Below are positions 10,531-20,377 of a stretch of 64,000 nucleotides of DNA, one piece after another. Origin of the DNA: a virus. Position numbers and translations under genes: made by a program. The DNA lies in the IMG/VR virus record IMGVR_UViG_3300020045_017904, positions 1-64,000 of that record. One strand, given 5' to 3'. Numbering within the stretch: the stretch's first letter is position 1; the number at the start of each line of letters is the position of its first letter. The notes below the pieces were generated by a model. The model saw only the letters and a list, made by a program, of their open reading frames with translations, was not told the DNA's origin and searched no databases.

Positions 10531-11007
10531 TTTATTAAAGTTGCTGTTATTATTCTTCTTTTTAATTTTCTTGAGTCACTTATGTTTCCATAAATTACTC
10601 CATTTTTTATTGTAAAAGCATGACCTCTTACTCCTATAATATAAGTACCTTTTGGAAAATGTTTTAAAAATGTTTCAATTGTAAAACCTGTTTTTTTCTT
10701 ATAATCAGGATTCAAAATTAAATTTTTTATTTTAAAATGATATTTATGACTATCTTTATAATTAACAAGAGTTTTATTTATCTTTTTACCATTAATTGTT
10801 TTACCTTTTAAACTTTGCAAACATCCCCAAAAAATTATAAACCCCACCCTTATCTTTTCTATTTAATTTCTCTTTACAAAAAGAATGTGCTTTATCATAA
10901 CTAATATCAAAAGCACTCATAAAAGATCTAACAACACAATCATTTTTTTCTCTTGATCCTATATCTGATGTTCTTGATATTTCTTGAGTATTAACTAATG
11001 GTATCAT
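10527..11007 (-). pseudogene. single DCVVR-type phage gene split by a 1-nt frameshift in the T6/G4 tract (~10825-10835)
   Basis: ORF1 carries NDCVVRS and ORF2 carries PKGTYIIGVRGHAF..GN..D; removing one base fuses them. Confidence 0.6.
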
Positions 11008-11012
11008 AACTT

Positions 11013-11225
11013 TTATTTCTTTAATATAATATTTATTTGATTATCAATCTCTTGTTTATTATTAGGATTACAATATATTCGTAATTGTTTTAATAATCTT
11101 AATTTAGTTTCCCAAGATACATTTTCAATTCCATTATTATTAATAATTTCTTTAATATTATTTTCTATTTTATTTTTATCATTCAAATAATAATCTATAA
11201 TATCTTGTCTTTTTTCTATTATCAT
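11013..11225 (-). CDS. hypothetical early protein
   Basis: first ORF after the host-type promoter. Confidence 0.5.
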   Translation of the reverse strand: MIIEKRQDIIDYYLNDKNKIENNIKEIINNNGIENVSWETKLRLLKQLRIYCNPNNKQEIDNQINIILKK

Positions 11226-11228
11226 AAT

Positions 11229-11262
11229 GCGTAAATATACGACCAGGGATTGCAGAATCCAA
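11229..11262 (-). promoter_or_regulatory. host-type early promoter
   Basis: TTGG-N19-TATATTTA; 23 bp identical to 48828-48850. Confidence 0.7.
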
Positions 11263-11280
11263 CCAAAATATTGCGTTTTT

Positions 11281-11302
11281 ACACGTCTTGAAGCGTATTT
11301 AA
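11281..11302. repeat. 22-bp CG-rich motif, copy 1
   Basis: ACACGTCTTGAAGCGTATTTAA. Confidence 0.7.
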
Positions 11303-11325
11303 TACATTACTTATTTGAATACATA

Positions 11326-12234
11326 TTATTCCATGAATTGGAAATATTTATTTATATTTTGGTTGAAAATAACCCCACCCCAACCAATATCTTTATATAG
11401 ATTTTCAATTTTGTTTTGAAGAGTTGATTCAAATATTTTGTTCCTATCAATATATTTATTTATTAATTCTGAAACTTCTGGAGGGTCATTGTATCCATTT
11501 GAACCAATAACATCTATTCCATAAGGGTTTGGTTTTAGATATGAAAGATACATTTTGTCTCCAGCTTGGAAGGGTGAATATTTTTTATCTACCTTTTTAA
11601 ATCTTATAAAATCATTAAAAACTATAGCTCCTCTTGTATTTATTGGGCATCTTTTTGCTATTTTTGAGAATATTTCACCATTTAATGGTTTAGAAACAAT
11701 ATAATTATTTAAATTTTTTACTCCTGTTGGTTTTATTAATTTTTTCCAATCAACAGTATTTATTGATTTTTTAAATTCTAATATTTCTTTGTCTATTTGG
11801 GATTTTGGGATGTTAAACAATATTTTTTTTATTAAATTCTCCCCAAAATCTTTAAATAATTTAGGGAAGTTTGATTTCATTATATCAAGCCCCATCATTA
11901 TGAATTTTTCAATAGGTTGACCTTCTCTATCAACCAAATATTGTGCATATCTTCTTTTCCCAGACCAATAAGCTGTTTGCACTATAAACTCAGGTTTTAA
12001 ATCAAAACTATGTTCTGTACAATTAAGAATGTCTTTGGAAATTTTTGATTGATAATTATTTAATAATTCTCCAATTTCAGCTTGAATTGGTTTTATCTTT
12101 AGGATAACTTCATCCTTATTATCTAAATCTAAATTTGGATAAATTTTTTTAAGTATAGGTTCTAAACATATAAATGTTGAATCTGTATCAGAACCTTTAA
12201 CATATTTATTTATTTTTTGAATATCAAAATTCAT
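11326..12234 (-). CDS. family B DNA polymerase, C-terminal fragment (motif C, thumb)
   Basis: GSDTDS, KRRYA, MGLDIMKS. Confidence 0.9.
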   Translation of the reverse strand: MNFDIQKINKYVKGSDTDSTFICLEPILKKIYPNLDLDNKDEVILKIKPIQAEIGELLNNYQSKISKDILNCTEHSFDLKPEFIVQTAYWSGKRRYAQYLVDREGQPIEKFIMMGLDIMKSNFPKLFKDFGENLIKKILFNIPKSQIDKEILEFKKSINTVDWKKLIKPTGVKNLNNYIVSKPLNGEIFSKIAKRCPINTRGAIVFNDFIRFKKVDKKYSPFQAGDKMYLSYLKPNPYGIDVIGSNGYNDPPEVSELINKYIDRNKIFESTLQNKIENLYKDIGWGGVIFNQNINKYFQFME

Positions 12235-13151
12235 ATTTGTTTTTTTAAAATTCCAATTATATTCTTAAATTCTAAATAAGATATCCTTAATAGATTAATT
12301 CCTTCCTTTTTACAGAATTCATTTTTAATTAAATCCATTTCTTTTATTCTTTCAAATTCTTTTTCTCCCCCAAAATATTTGACAGATATATAATGTAATT
12401 CTCCATCATACTCAATACAAGTATTCAATTTAGGTAAATAAAAATCAAATCTTAGTTTTTTTCCAGTTTTTGGGTTTATACAATTTTCAAATGATTTTTG
12501 TGTGATGAAATCTATACTATTTTCTAAAAGGAATTTTTCTATATTTTCTTCTCCTTTACTATTATTGCATTTCTTACATCTTTGTCCTTGTAAATGATTA
12601 CTTACTTGTTGATTAAACCATCCGTGTTTTTGACATTTTATCCTAAACCTATTATCAAAATATCCAAAATAAGAATCCCAATCATATTCCAATCCAGTAT
12701 TTAAATTTAATATTCTTTCTTTTATTTCTTCAATTAATATTGGGGATCTATTTATTTTACATTCAGGACAACCTTGAGATTGATGGACATGATTTGTCCA
12801 TAATTGTTTAAATTGACCATGGATTTTACAAATTATGGGTACTTTTTTATTTGTATTAAAATCTTTAAGTATTAATGAATAATCATATCTTTCATTATGT
12901 ATTTTTTTTGCTTGTTCTATTTTTTCTAAAAAAGTTAAATTAAATCCTTTACATTTTGGACAGTTGGATTTTTTAATAATATGATTATCCAATGAAACAT
13001 ACCAAAACCCATGAATTGGACAACCAACCTCATATTTTTTCATGGTTCCAGTAAATATTTCTAATGTGATTTTTGAATAATCATATTTATTATTATGAAT
13101 TAATTTAGCTTTATTTATATATTTTTCTAATTTTATTTCTTTATTTTCCAT
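12231..13151 (-). mobile_element. free-standing homing endonuclease: tandem C-x2-HG / CPKC repeats plus a Vsr/DUF559-like nuclease domain
   Basis: HNNKYDYS..CPIHG..CPKC-type unit x3; SKGE..LRFDFYLP..IEYDG.LH..D..KN. Confidence 0.85.
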
Positions 13152-13194
13152 ATATTGCGTTTAATACATTGTATGGTGATACATATTATGAAAA

Positions 13195-15042
13195 TTAAGA
13201 ATTTATATATTTTTCATCAATCATTTCATTTGCATATTTAATTGTTTCCATCAATAATCTTTGACAAGTTGTGGTTATAGCCGATGAAAACATTTTATGA
13301 CCATCAGTAAACCTAAATCCATTAATACTCATTCCACCATAATATCCATTCAAAAGTATTTTTAAAGCATGTTGTTTTAAATCTAACATATCTCCCTTTT
13401 CTATCTCCCTCTTTTTATAAGCCTCTTCCATTTCCTTTTTAACTTTCTTTCTCCTCTGGAACCAATCGCTTAATACTTCACTAACAATACTTTTAATATC
13501 AGTTCTAAAAATAACCCCATTTGCTGATATTGTAAAATTATTTTCCTCAATTATTTTAATTACTTTACCAATTGTTGTTTTAGTTTTTTTAAGTGTATAT
13601 GTTTGATTGTTTAATCTCTCAATTTCTATTTCTTGATTAGGATTTTTGGTTTTTAAATCACTAAATCCCCACCAACAATTATAATTTGGATTATCAATTA
13701 CTAATCTGCCTATTAATGTTTCAATTCCTAAATTTAAACTCATAATTGAATTAGGATAATATGAGGAATAATCATAATCTGATAACCATTTATATATCCC
13801 TGGAGTTGGTTCAAGGAGAAAACCACCTGCATAACCTTGTTTCTTTTTTAAGGCCATTGGGGGATAATGTTTTAAAACTCCTGCTTTGGTTCTTATTCCT
13901 ATTAAATCTTTTGTTATTGATTCAACCAAACCACTTGAGTTTGTATATCCCCTATTTGTAGTTACTTCTTCTCCAATTGAAAATAATTTTATTAGTGGGT
14001 TTTGAGTGGTGGGCTTATTTATAGAAACAATATTTTTTCTTTTAAGATAAGTTAATGTTGCCCCCTCATTTAAAACTGTGTTCCAAAATATAGATTCATA
14101 AGGAGTATGACATAAATGGGATATTAATATTGTTAATTGAATAAATTTTTGTTTTTCCTCTAAAGCTTCAATAATTTCAACATCTCGAATGTTATAATCA
14201 ATAAATTTATTGATGTCATCTTTAAATAATTGATCTAAATTACCTTCATACTCAATTTTACCTAAATTAACATACTTTTCTCCAATGTCATTTAATTTAT
14301 AAGATTGTTCTTCTTTTGAAATATATTTTTTAATCAAAAACATATAATCAAGACAATTAACCCCTCCAATTTGAATTACGTTATTATCTTGAGCTTCTTT
14401 TACAAGGATTTTTTTAATTGGAGATAATCTATAAACTTCATTCCCTAAAATCTTTTTAATTCTGTAGTAAATATAAGGTATATCAAAATAAGAACAATTA
14501 TAACCTATAACAATAGTTGGGTCTATTTCTTCCCACTTATTCAAGAATTTAATTATTAAATCTTTTTCATCTATACAGGGGATAATGATTTTACCATCTT
14601 TATTTACTTCTTGTAATTTTTTACTCGAATCAACTACAAAACATATTTTTTGTTTCAAAGTTGCATCAATCATTGAGATTGAGGTAAAAGGCATTTTGGA
14701 TTCCCTTATATATTGAGGTGTTAGATCACCCCCAATTTCAATTTCTATATCTAAATAAAGAATATTATGCCATTCAGGAATATCATCATTTTTATAATAT
14801 AAATCTCTTAAAACTATTAATTCTTTAGAAATATCTTTTTCATAGATATTAGGATCCTTGTAATCTATTCTTTGGTTTGGTCTAATGGGAGATACCCTTC
14901 TACCATCTAAAGCATACAAATCCCCGTTTTCATCAGGATAATATTTGGTAGAATGATAAATAAATTCATTCCAGTTCAATTTATCATCCCTTAAAAAATA
15001 TTTTTTTTCTTGATAACAGTAATATAATGCTTGACAAGCCAT
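13195..15042 (-). CDS. family B DNA polymerase, N-terminal fragment (3'-5' exonuclease, motifs A and B)
   Basis: DIEIE, GYNCSYFD, YNIRDV, DYSSYYPN, KILLNGYYG. Confidence 0.92.
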   Translation of the reverse strand: MACQALYYCYQEKKYFLRDDKLNWNEFIYHSTKYYPDENGDLYALDGRRVSPIRPNQRIDYKDPNIYEKDISKELIVLRDLYYKNDDIPEWHNILYLDIEIEIGGDLTPQYIRESKMPFTSISMIDATLKQKICFVVDSSKKLQEVNKDGKIIIPCIDEKDLIIKFLNKWEEIDPTIVIGYNCSYFDIPYIYYRIKKILGNEVYRLSPIKKILVKEAQDNNVIQIGGVNCLDYMFLIKKYISKEEQSYKLNDIGEKYVNLGKIEYEGNLDQLFKDDINKFIDYNIRDVEIIEALEEKQKFIQLTILISHLCHTPYESIFWNTVLNEGATLTYLKRKNIVSINKPTTQNPLIKLFSIGEEVTTNRGYTNSSGLVESITKDLIGIRTKAGVLKHYPPMALKKKQGYAGGFLLEPTPGIYKWLSDYDYSSYYPNSIMSLNLGIETLIGRLVIDNPNYNCWWGFSDLKTKNPNQEIEIERLNNQTYTLKKTKTTIGKVIKIIEENNFTISANGVIFRTDIKSIVSEVLSDWFQRRKKVKKEMEEAYKKREIEKGDMLDLKQHALKILLNGYYGGMSINGFRFTDGHKMFSSAITTTCQRLLMETIKYANEMIDEKYINS

Positions 15043-15055
15043 AACTTTTTTAAAT

Positions 15056-15086
15056 AAAAAAAGGTCGCGACTTTAGCTTCGACCTT
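15056..15086 (-). terminator. intrinsic terminator/attenuator directly upstream of polB
   Basis: AAGGTCG-N12-CGACCTT stem followed by a U-run on the minus strand. Confidence 0.6.
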
Positions 15087-15210
15087 GGGACAAAGACGTT
15101 TGGGGAAATACAAACTCCATGCAGCTACCTACAATTGGGCCTAGATCCCATGTAGGGTACTCTCCTACTTGAGACCCTATTTAAGAGAAACAGAGGCTAA
15201 AGAGGTACAA
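15061..15210 (-). ncRNA. candidate structured RNA / leader
   Basis: GC-enriched ORF-free intergenic region with several complementary stems. Confidence 0.4.
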
Positions 15211-15221
15211 TTTATTTTTAA

Positions 15222-15578
15222 TTACAATCTTAAATCAACACAATGAACTCCTTTAAGAGACCCAAAATCCTTATTTATGTCTTCATTAAGTAATGTTTTT
15301 GGACTATTTAGTGTTTGTGTTTGATTACTTACATTACAAGTAATTGTATGCTGATTCCACCAAAAATCTCCTCCCCCCAATGGTTTATATGGATATATTG
15401 GATATCTATCAATAATAATAGGGTTTGAATTCCAATTAATTGTTACATTTGTTAATAATTCAAATTCTTTCCATTTTCCATTTGGAAGAAGCATTTCTAA
15501 ATTTTCAATTAATTTGTCAAAACTAATATTTTTTTCAATTTTAATTGTTTTTTTGTCTAAGTCTATTTCAAATTTCAT
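15222..15578 (-). CDS. hypothetical protein
   Basis: ORF. Confidence 0.5.
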   Translation of the reverse strand: MKFEIDLDKKTIKIEKNISFDKLIENLEMLLPNGKWKEFELLTNVTINWNSNPIIIDRYPIYPYKPLGGGDFWWNQHTITCNVSNQTQTLNSPKTLLNEDINKDFGSLKGVHCVDLRL

Positions 15579-15738
15579 AATTATAAATATTCATCTTTTA
15601 ATGAGTTTGTAAATTTTTCAATCAATTCAACCATATCTATTTTGCGTTTTGATTGATCATTAAATATTATTGTCCATTTTTCATTATTTGGACCTAATAT
15701 TCCTTCTTTTCTTAAAAAGTCAATTATTATTTGTTTCA

Positions 15739-15969
15739 TTATGCTGTTTCTAATACCAATACTTCATTATAATTATATTCTTTAATTTTATACCTATCTG
15801 GTAAATTAAGAATACTCGAATCCTTAAACCTTTCAACCTGATGTATATCTTTTGAATATGTTGTATTTTCCACTTTTTGTTTTATAAATTCTAAAGCATC
15901 ATGGGGTGTTTCAGCCATTACAATATATTCGAAATCATAACTTTCGGTTGTAAAATGATATATTTTCAT
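15739..15969 (-). CDS. hypothetical protein
   Basis: ORF, ATGA coupling. Confidence 0.45.
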   Translation of the reverse strand: MKIYHFTTESYDFEYIVMAETPHDALEFIKQKVENTTYSKDIHQVERFKDSSILNLPDRYKIKEYNYNEVLVLETA

Positions 15970-16175
15970 AATTTTATATCAAGAGTTTCACCATTTTTCC
16001 CTAAAGGATGTATAATAAAATGGTTGTCATTTTGAAAAGCAATCCTAAATTCTATTTTACCTTCCTTTTTTTCCTTCATTAAATAATTAACTATATTACT
16101 CCAATTTGAAAAATATTCTTGTTTAAGAGGTCTTCCTAAATCTTCTGTTTGGTTTCCGTAATTAAAAATACTCAT
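15966..16175 (-). CDS. hypothetical protein
   Basis: ORF; IIHPLGKNGETLD. Confidence 0.5.
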   Translation of the reverse strand: MSIFNYGNQTEDLGRPLKQEYFSNWSNIVNYLMKEKKEGKIEFRIAFQNDNHFIIHPLGKNGETLDIKL

Positions 16176-16405
16176 ACTAATTCTTCTATTATGCCTATAA
16201 ATTCACTAATTACTAATATTGTAACAGCAAGTTCAATATAAAATGGAATTAATGTATAACCTAATATTCTTACTCCACTTTTAATAAAACTAATTATTTT
16301 GTGGTTTTGAGGGTTTGGGGACTCAAACAAACCCTTTTCCTTCATTCTTCTTGGGTAGGGTGGAATTGGATATTTTAATCCATTAATTTGAGGTTGATAA
16401 CTCAT
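16172..16405 (-). CDS. small membrane protein
   Basis: H..ISFIKSGVRILGY..SE.IGIIEELV, hydrophobic. Confidence 0.55.
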   Translation of the reverse strand: MSYQPQINGLKYPIPPYPRRMKEKGLFESPNPQNHKIISFIKSGVRILGYTLIPFYIELAVTILVISEFIGIIEELV

Positions 16406-16417
16406 ATTTATCTTTGT

Positions 16418-17155
16418 TTATAATTGTTTATATTTCCAAATATATCCATATGCTGTTTTTTGAAGATTCTTACAACAAGCATGAATAGCTGAACCACTTT
16501 TTTTCTTATCTAATGGTTTTAAAAATAAATTTATTACTTCTTCATTATTATTATATTCTTTAATAAAATTACCTTTTAAGTCATATTGGATAATTGGAAA
16601 TACTCTATTTACTTTTAAAATATATTCTTTTGGGAGAAATAATTCTAAATCAAAAGAATCATTATATTTATATCTCCACAAACTTCCATTTATTCTCAAA
16701 AAACTTTCTTTTAAACAAACCCCTTTTACATCATTATAATTAGGAATTTGTAAATAATTATCCCAAACTTTAATAAATTTTCCCAAATAATTATATTCTA
16801 TTATGAGGTAATTATGCTTAATTGAAACCCCTAATTTATTTAAAGACATTTTGTCTTTAGTTTCTTGACTTAAAAACCCTTCTCTTCCATCTATTCTACA
16901 ACACAAACTTGGAATATCTAAAACTTTATAAAATATTTTCCAATGTGTTTCTCTTTCAAGCAAATTATCAACTTCACATTCTTCTATTACCTCAAATTTA
17001 TGGTTTTTAGAACCATATTTTATAAGAGAATTATATAATCTTGGTTGTCTTTTACAATTTAATCTATTATATCTTTTCCACCTATCTTCTATATCTGTTG
17101 ATTGACCTATGTAAATTTTATTTGTTGGGCTTGTTATTTTATAAATTCCTATCAT
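16418..17155 (-). mobile_element. GIY-YIG homing endonuclease with NUMOD1 repeats
   Basis: GIYKIT..IYIGQS; QYDLKGNFIKEY..KTAYGYIWKY. Confidence 0.9.
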
Positions 17156-17199
17156 ATGTTTTAATTATACATATGACTAAATTATTTTCTCTGATTGTC

Positions 17200-17733
17200 T
17201 TATTGATTGTTTTCCTTCCTATAATAATCACCCTGGAACTGACCATTATATAAATTTTTATCTTCTACAGGCATACATTCATGGAAATATATTTGTGCTA
17301 CTCTTGCATTTTGTTCAATATAAATTGTTTTATTTACAATACAAATAGTTCCAATATTTTCTGTTTTAAAACCAGGATCAAATAATGAAGATTGAATCAT
17401 TGCCCCATTCCTCATTAATGATGATCTTTGTTTAATAAAAGCCATTCTATTGTTTGAAATATTACAACCTTCATTAAATGTAAAATCATAAATCCCAGGT
17501 TCTAATCTCCATGCTTTTTGGTTATTAGGGGACCCAAATTTCCACCCCTCTCTAAATTCTACAATACTGGATTCTCCAATTTCTGTTTTATCAATATGTA
17601 CAGCCCCAATTGAAGCTTTTAATAATTCTTTAACTGATTTGAGGCTAAGATCATAACCCACTTGAGCAGGTTTTCCAAACTCACTTGGTATTACTAATCC
17701 TTCTTCTAATATTTGCGTTGCTGTTAAAATCAT
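17200..17733 (-). CDS. dCTP deaminase / trimeric dUTPase family protein
   Basis: GYDLSL, QRSSLMRNG, FDPGF, RVAQI, YNGQFQ. Confidence 0.85.
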   Translation of the reverse strand: MILTATQILEEGLVIPSEFGKPAQVGYDLSLKSVKELLKASIGAVHIDKTEIGESSIVEFREGWKFGSPNNQKAWRLEPGIYDFTFNEGCNISNNRMAFIKQRSSLMRNGAMIQSSLFDPGFKTENIGTICIVNKTIYIEQNARVAQIYFHECMPVEDKNLYNGQFQGDYYRKENNQ

Positions 17734-18371
17734 AAATTATTACCGTTTTTCATTATAGATTGTAAAAATTCTTCTCTTACCAAATTATCTTTTTCCATAA
17801 AAACACCTGAAAATTTATTTGTTGTCATTACAGATTCTGGATGTTTTATACCTCTTGCTCCACAACACATATGTTTTGAGGAAATTGATACTGCTATTGA
17901 AGAACATTCAAGTTGTTTAGTTAAATATTCGTGAATTTGTTGTGTTAATGATTCTTGCATTTGTGGTCTTCTTGAAAACCAATCAACAACTCTATTTAGT
18001 TTTGATAATCCTATTACTTTGTCTCCTGGAATATAACCTACAGAACACCAACCATAAAATGGTAAATTGTGATGTGCACACATACTATTAACCCTAATTC
18101 CTGTTTGAATTACAATTCCATTATATTTTTCTTCATTAGGAAAAGTGGTTGTTTCAGGTGGTTCTGTAATTGAACCAACTATTAAATCTTTTATCCAACT
18201 TTTAGCTACCCTTTTTGGAGTATCAATTGTTTGGGGATCTGCTTTATAGTCGAACCCAAGTGATTCTAAAAATTGACCATAATAATATTCTGCATTAGCC
18301 CCCATATTTTCAAGATCAATATTAGAGGCTACATGATTTCCATTTGCTTTTTTTAATAATTCCATATACAA
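17730..18371 (-). CDS. folE: GTP cyclohydrolase I
   Basis: TPKRVAK, SMCAHH, GLSKLNR, RPQMQE, HMCC..RG. Confidence 0.95.
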   Translation of the reverse strand: MYMELLKKANGNHVASNIDLENMGANAEYYYGQFLESLGFDYKADPQTIDTPKRVAKSWIKDLIVGSITEPPETTTFPNEEKYNGIVIQTGIRVNSMCAHHNLPFYGWCSVGYIPGDKVIGLSKLNRVVDWFSRRPQMQESLTQQIHEYLTKQLECSSIAVSISSKHMCCGARGIKHPESVMTTNKFSGVFMEKDNLVREEFLQSIMKNGNNL

Positions 18372-18379
18372 ATAATATA

Positions 18380-18898
18380 CTAATCTTCTATTAATTCTCC
18401 CCAGATAAATGGTAAATTTCGTTGAGTTCCATTTTCTGAATCAAGACCAAAACCTAGGATCCAATATTCATTTTTTAATTCTAAACCATATATTAAATTT
18501 GTGAGTAGTTTTGAATATTGTTTTTTAAATAAAGTAACAGGAGTTATAGAGTTGGGGTTGAAATCTTTTAAAGTTTCAATTAAAAACCTCATTGTATTTC
18601 CAGAATCAAAAATATCATCTATTAAAAATACATCTCTACCAGTTATGTTAACTTCAATATTTTTTATTAATTGAATTTCAGCTTGATCTTTATTATTATA
18701 GGATTTTACCCTTATAAAATCAATAACACATTCCCCTTGTTTCTTTACAAGTTCAGAAAAAAACATAAAAGCCCCATTTAAAACACATATAAAAACAGGA
18801 ATAGATTTTTGAGAAGCAATTACCTTATTTACTTCTTTAGATATTTTATTAATTGAAGATTTTAATTCATCTTCTGTAAAAAGTATTTGTTTTGACAT
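18380..18898 (-). CDS. hpt: hypoxanthine/guanine phosphoribosyltransferase
   Basis: VLNGAFMF, SY, LIDDIFDSGNT, GFGLD..RNLP. Confidence 0.9.
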   Translation of the reverse strand: MSKQILFTEDELKSSINKISKEVNKVIASQKSIPVFICVLNGAFMFFSELVKKQGECVIDFIRVKSYNNKDQAEIQLIKNIEVNITGRDVFLIDDIFDSGNTMRFLIETLKDFNPNSITPVTLFKKQYSKLLTNLIYGLELKNEYWILGFGLDSENGTQRNLPFIWGELIED

Positions 18899-18901
18899 TT
18901 A

Positions 18902-19120
18902 TTATCTGTTTTTATATATAGCTTTCCAACTTTCCACTGTTCTTTCAAATTCAGTTAATTTTTCATATCCTTCAAAAGGATAAACCACGTGAGAAATTCT
19001 TTCAGGCAATGGTGGGGGTAAGGGATTATTGATCTTCTTTAACCAATTTGTTAATGATTCTTTTGTTTCTTTACCCAAAGCAACATCTAATTTTCTTTCT
19101 AAAGATCTTAAATTGAACAT
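18902..19120 (-). CDS. hypothetical protein
   Basis: ORF. Confidence 0.4.
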   Translation of the reverse strand: MFNLRSLERKLDVALGKETKESLTNWLKKINNPLPPPLPERISHVVYPFEGYEKLTEFERTVESWKAIYKNR

Positions 19121-19133
19121 AATAAATATTATT

Positions 19134-19511
19134 TTATATAAATAATTGTAAAGTTAAAAACAATTGTACATAATGTAAAACTTGATCAAAAGCAATACTA
19201 CTAAAAGCACCTAAATTGGGAATTTTACTTCCATAATGTTTATTTTCAAATTTCTTTTTCACTATTTTACTTGTAAAAAAATCTGTAGTAGTATGGAATT
19301 TCCAAGTAATTAAAACAAATAAAATTGTATTAAACCAATCCCCCAATAAAAAATATATAGGAATAATCCAACATAAACTATAAACAGTAGTATGTTTTAG
19401 TAAATCCTTTATATTACTTGATTTACCATTTGCCCATTTTTCATCTTGCATAACAAAATCAGCAAACCAATGTACAATAATAAGAGTGAATATTTGGGTT
19501 AAAGTAAACAT
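19134..19511 (-). CDS. DUF3307-like membrane protein
   Basis: HWFADFVMQ, H..VY, H..TD, DQVLH. Confidence 0.75.
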   Translation of the reverse strand: MFTLTQIFTLIIVHWFADFVMQDEKWANGKSSNIKDLLKHTTVYSLCWIIPIYFLLGDWFNTILFVLITWKFHTTTDFFTSKIVKKKFENKHYGSKIPNLGAFSSIAFDQVLHYVQLFLTLQLFI

Positions 19512-19514
19512 TAT

Positions 19515-20369
19515 TTATACATTTAGTGTTTTATCCCAAGCAGCAATATGTAAACGACAACTTCCTATAAATTTATATTTTTTTGCCATTTCTAATACAA
19601 ATCGAGTTCTTTCAAAGAAATCATCTTGATTATCCATCCCAGGCATACAACAAACCTTATGTAATGGTATATTAAAAGGTTCTATATAATCTCTAAATAT
19701 TTCCTTTACATCTTCTTCAGTTGAAATAACAAATTTAAATTGGTAATTGTCATGTTCCATTACCCTTTTTATTGCTTCAGGAACAATTCTTTGTTTTTCA
19801 GTCATACCTGAATTTGCAAGTTTTGGGGAACAATTGATTTGATTTAAACAACTCCATAAATCTTCTCCTATATAGACTGTTCCATTAGTTTCTATTTCTG
19901 AATAGGGATTATATTCATGAAATGAAGTTCCATAATATTCTATATTCCACCATCTTTGGAAGAAATTAAAAATTGATTCTTGATGTTGTTTGATTGTTGG
20001 TTCTCCACCAGTCCAAATTATATGAATAGTACCATTTTTTATACCTTCATAAACACCTTCTTCTTTCCACTGATCTAACAACCATTGGAATGTTTGATTT
20101 TCACCCCTTATAGCCCATTGGCTTGTACTATCACAAGTCCAACTTGCTTCACCTGATTCTTCTAAATCCCCTTTAAATAATTCTCCATCTGCTAAATTTT
20201 CAGTACCAAGTTTTCTTAAATTATTTAAGAATTTCATAGACATGCCACATTGTAAATTACATTGTGATAATCTTACAAAATAAGATGGAGTTCCTATTGA
20301 TTTACCTTCCCCTTGTACACTGTAAAAATTACTTGATATTAAAAGATGTTCTGGTGAAAATTTACTCAT
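19515..20369 (-). CDS. queE: 7-carboxy-7-deazaguanine synthase (radical SAM)
   Basis: FYSVQGEG, VRL..CNLQC, TGGEP, IETNGT, CSPKL, KFV, RLH. Confidence 0.92.
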   Translation of the reverse strand: MSKFSPEHLLISSNFYSVQGEGKSIGTPSYFVRLSQCNLQCGMSMKFLNNLRKLGTENLADGELFKGDLEESGEASWTCDSTSQWAIRGENQTFQWLLDQWKEEGVYEGIKNGTIHIIWTGGEPTIKQHQESIFNFFQRWWNIEYYGTSFHEYNPYSEIETNGTVYIGEDLWSCLNQINCSPKLANSGMTEKQRIVPEAIKRVMEHDNYQFKFVISTEEDVKEIFRDYIEPFNIPLHKVCCMPGMDNQDDFFERTRFVLEMAKKYKFIGSCRLHIAAWDKTLNV

Positions 20370-20377
20370 TTTTTTAA

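Noticed and set aside
12231-13195. Group I intron or intein in polB
   Set aside because: Only 43 nt of non-coding flank on one side and none on the other; separate stop and start codons; no C...HN intein ends.
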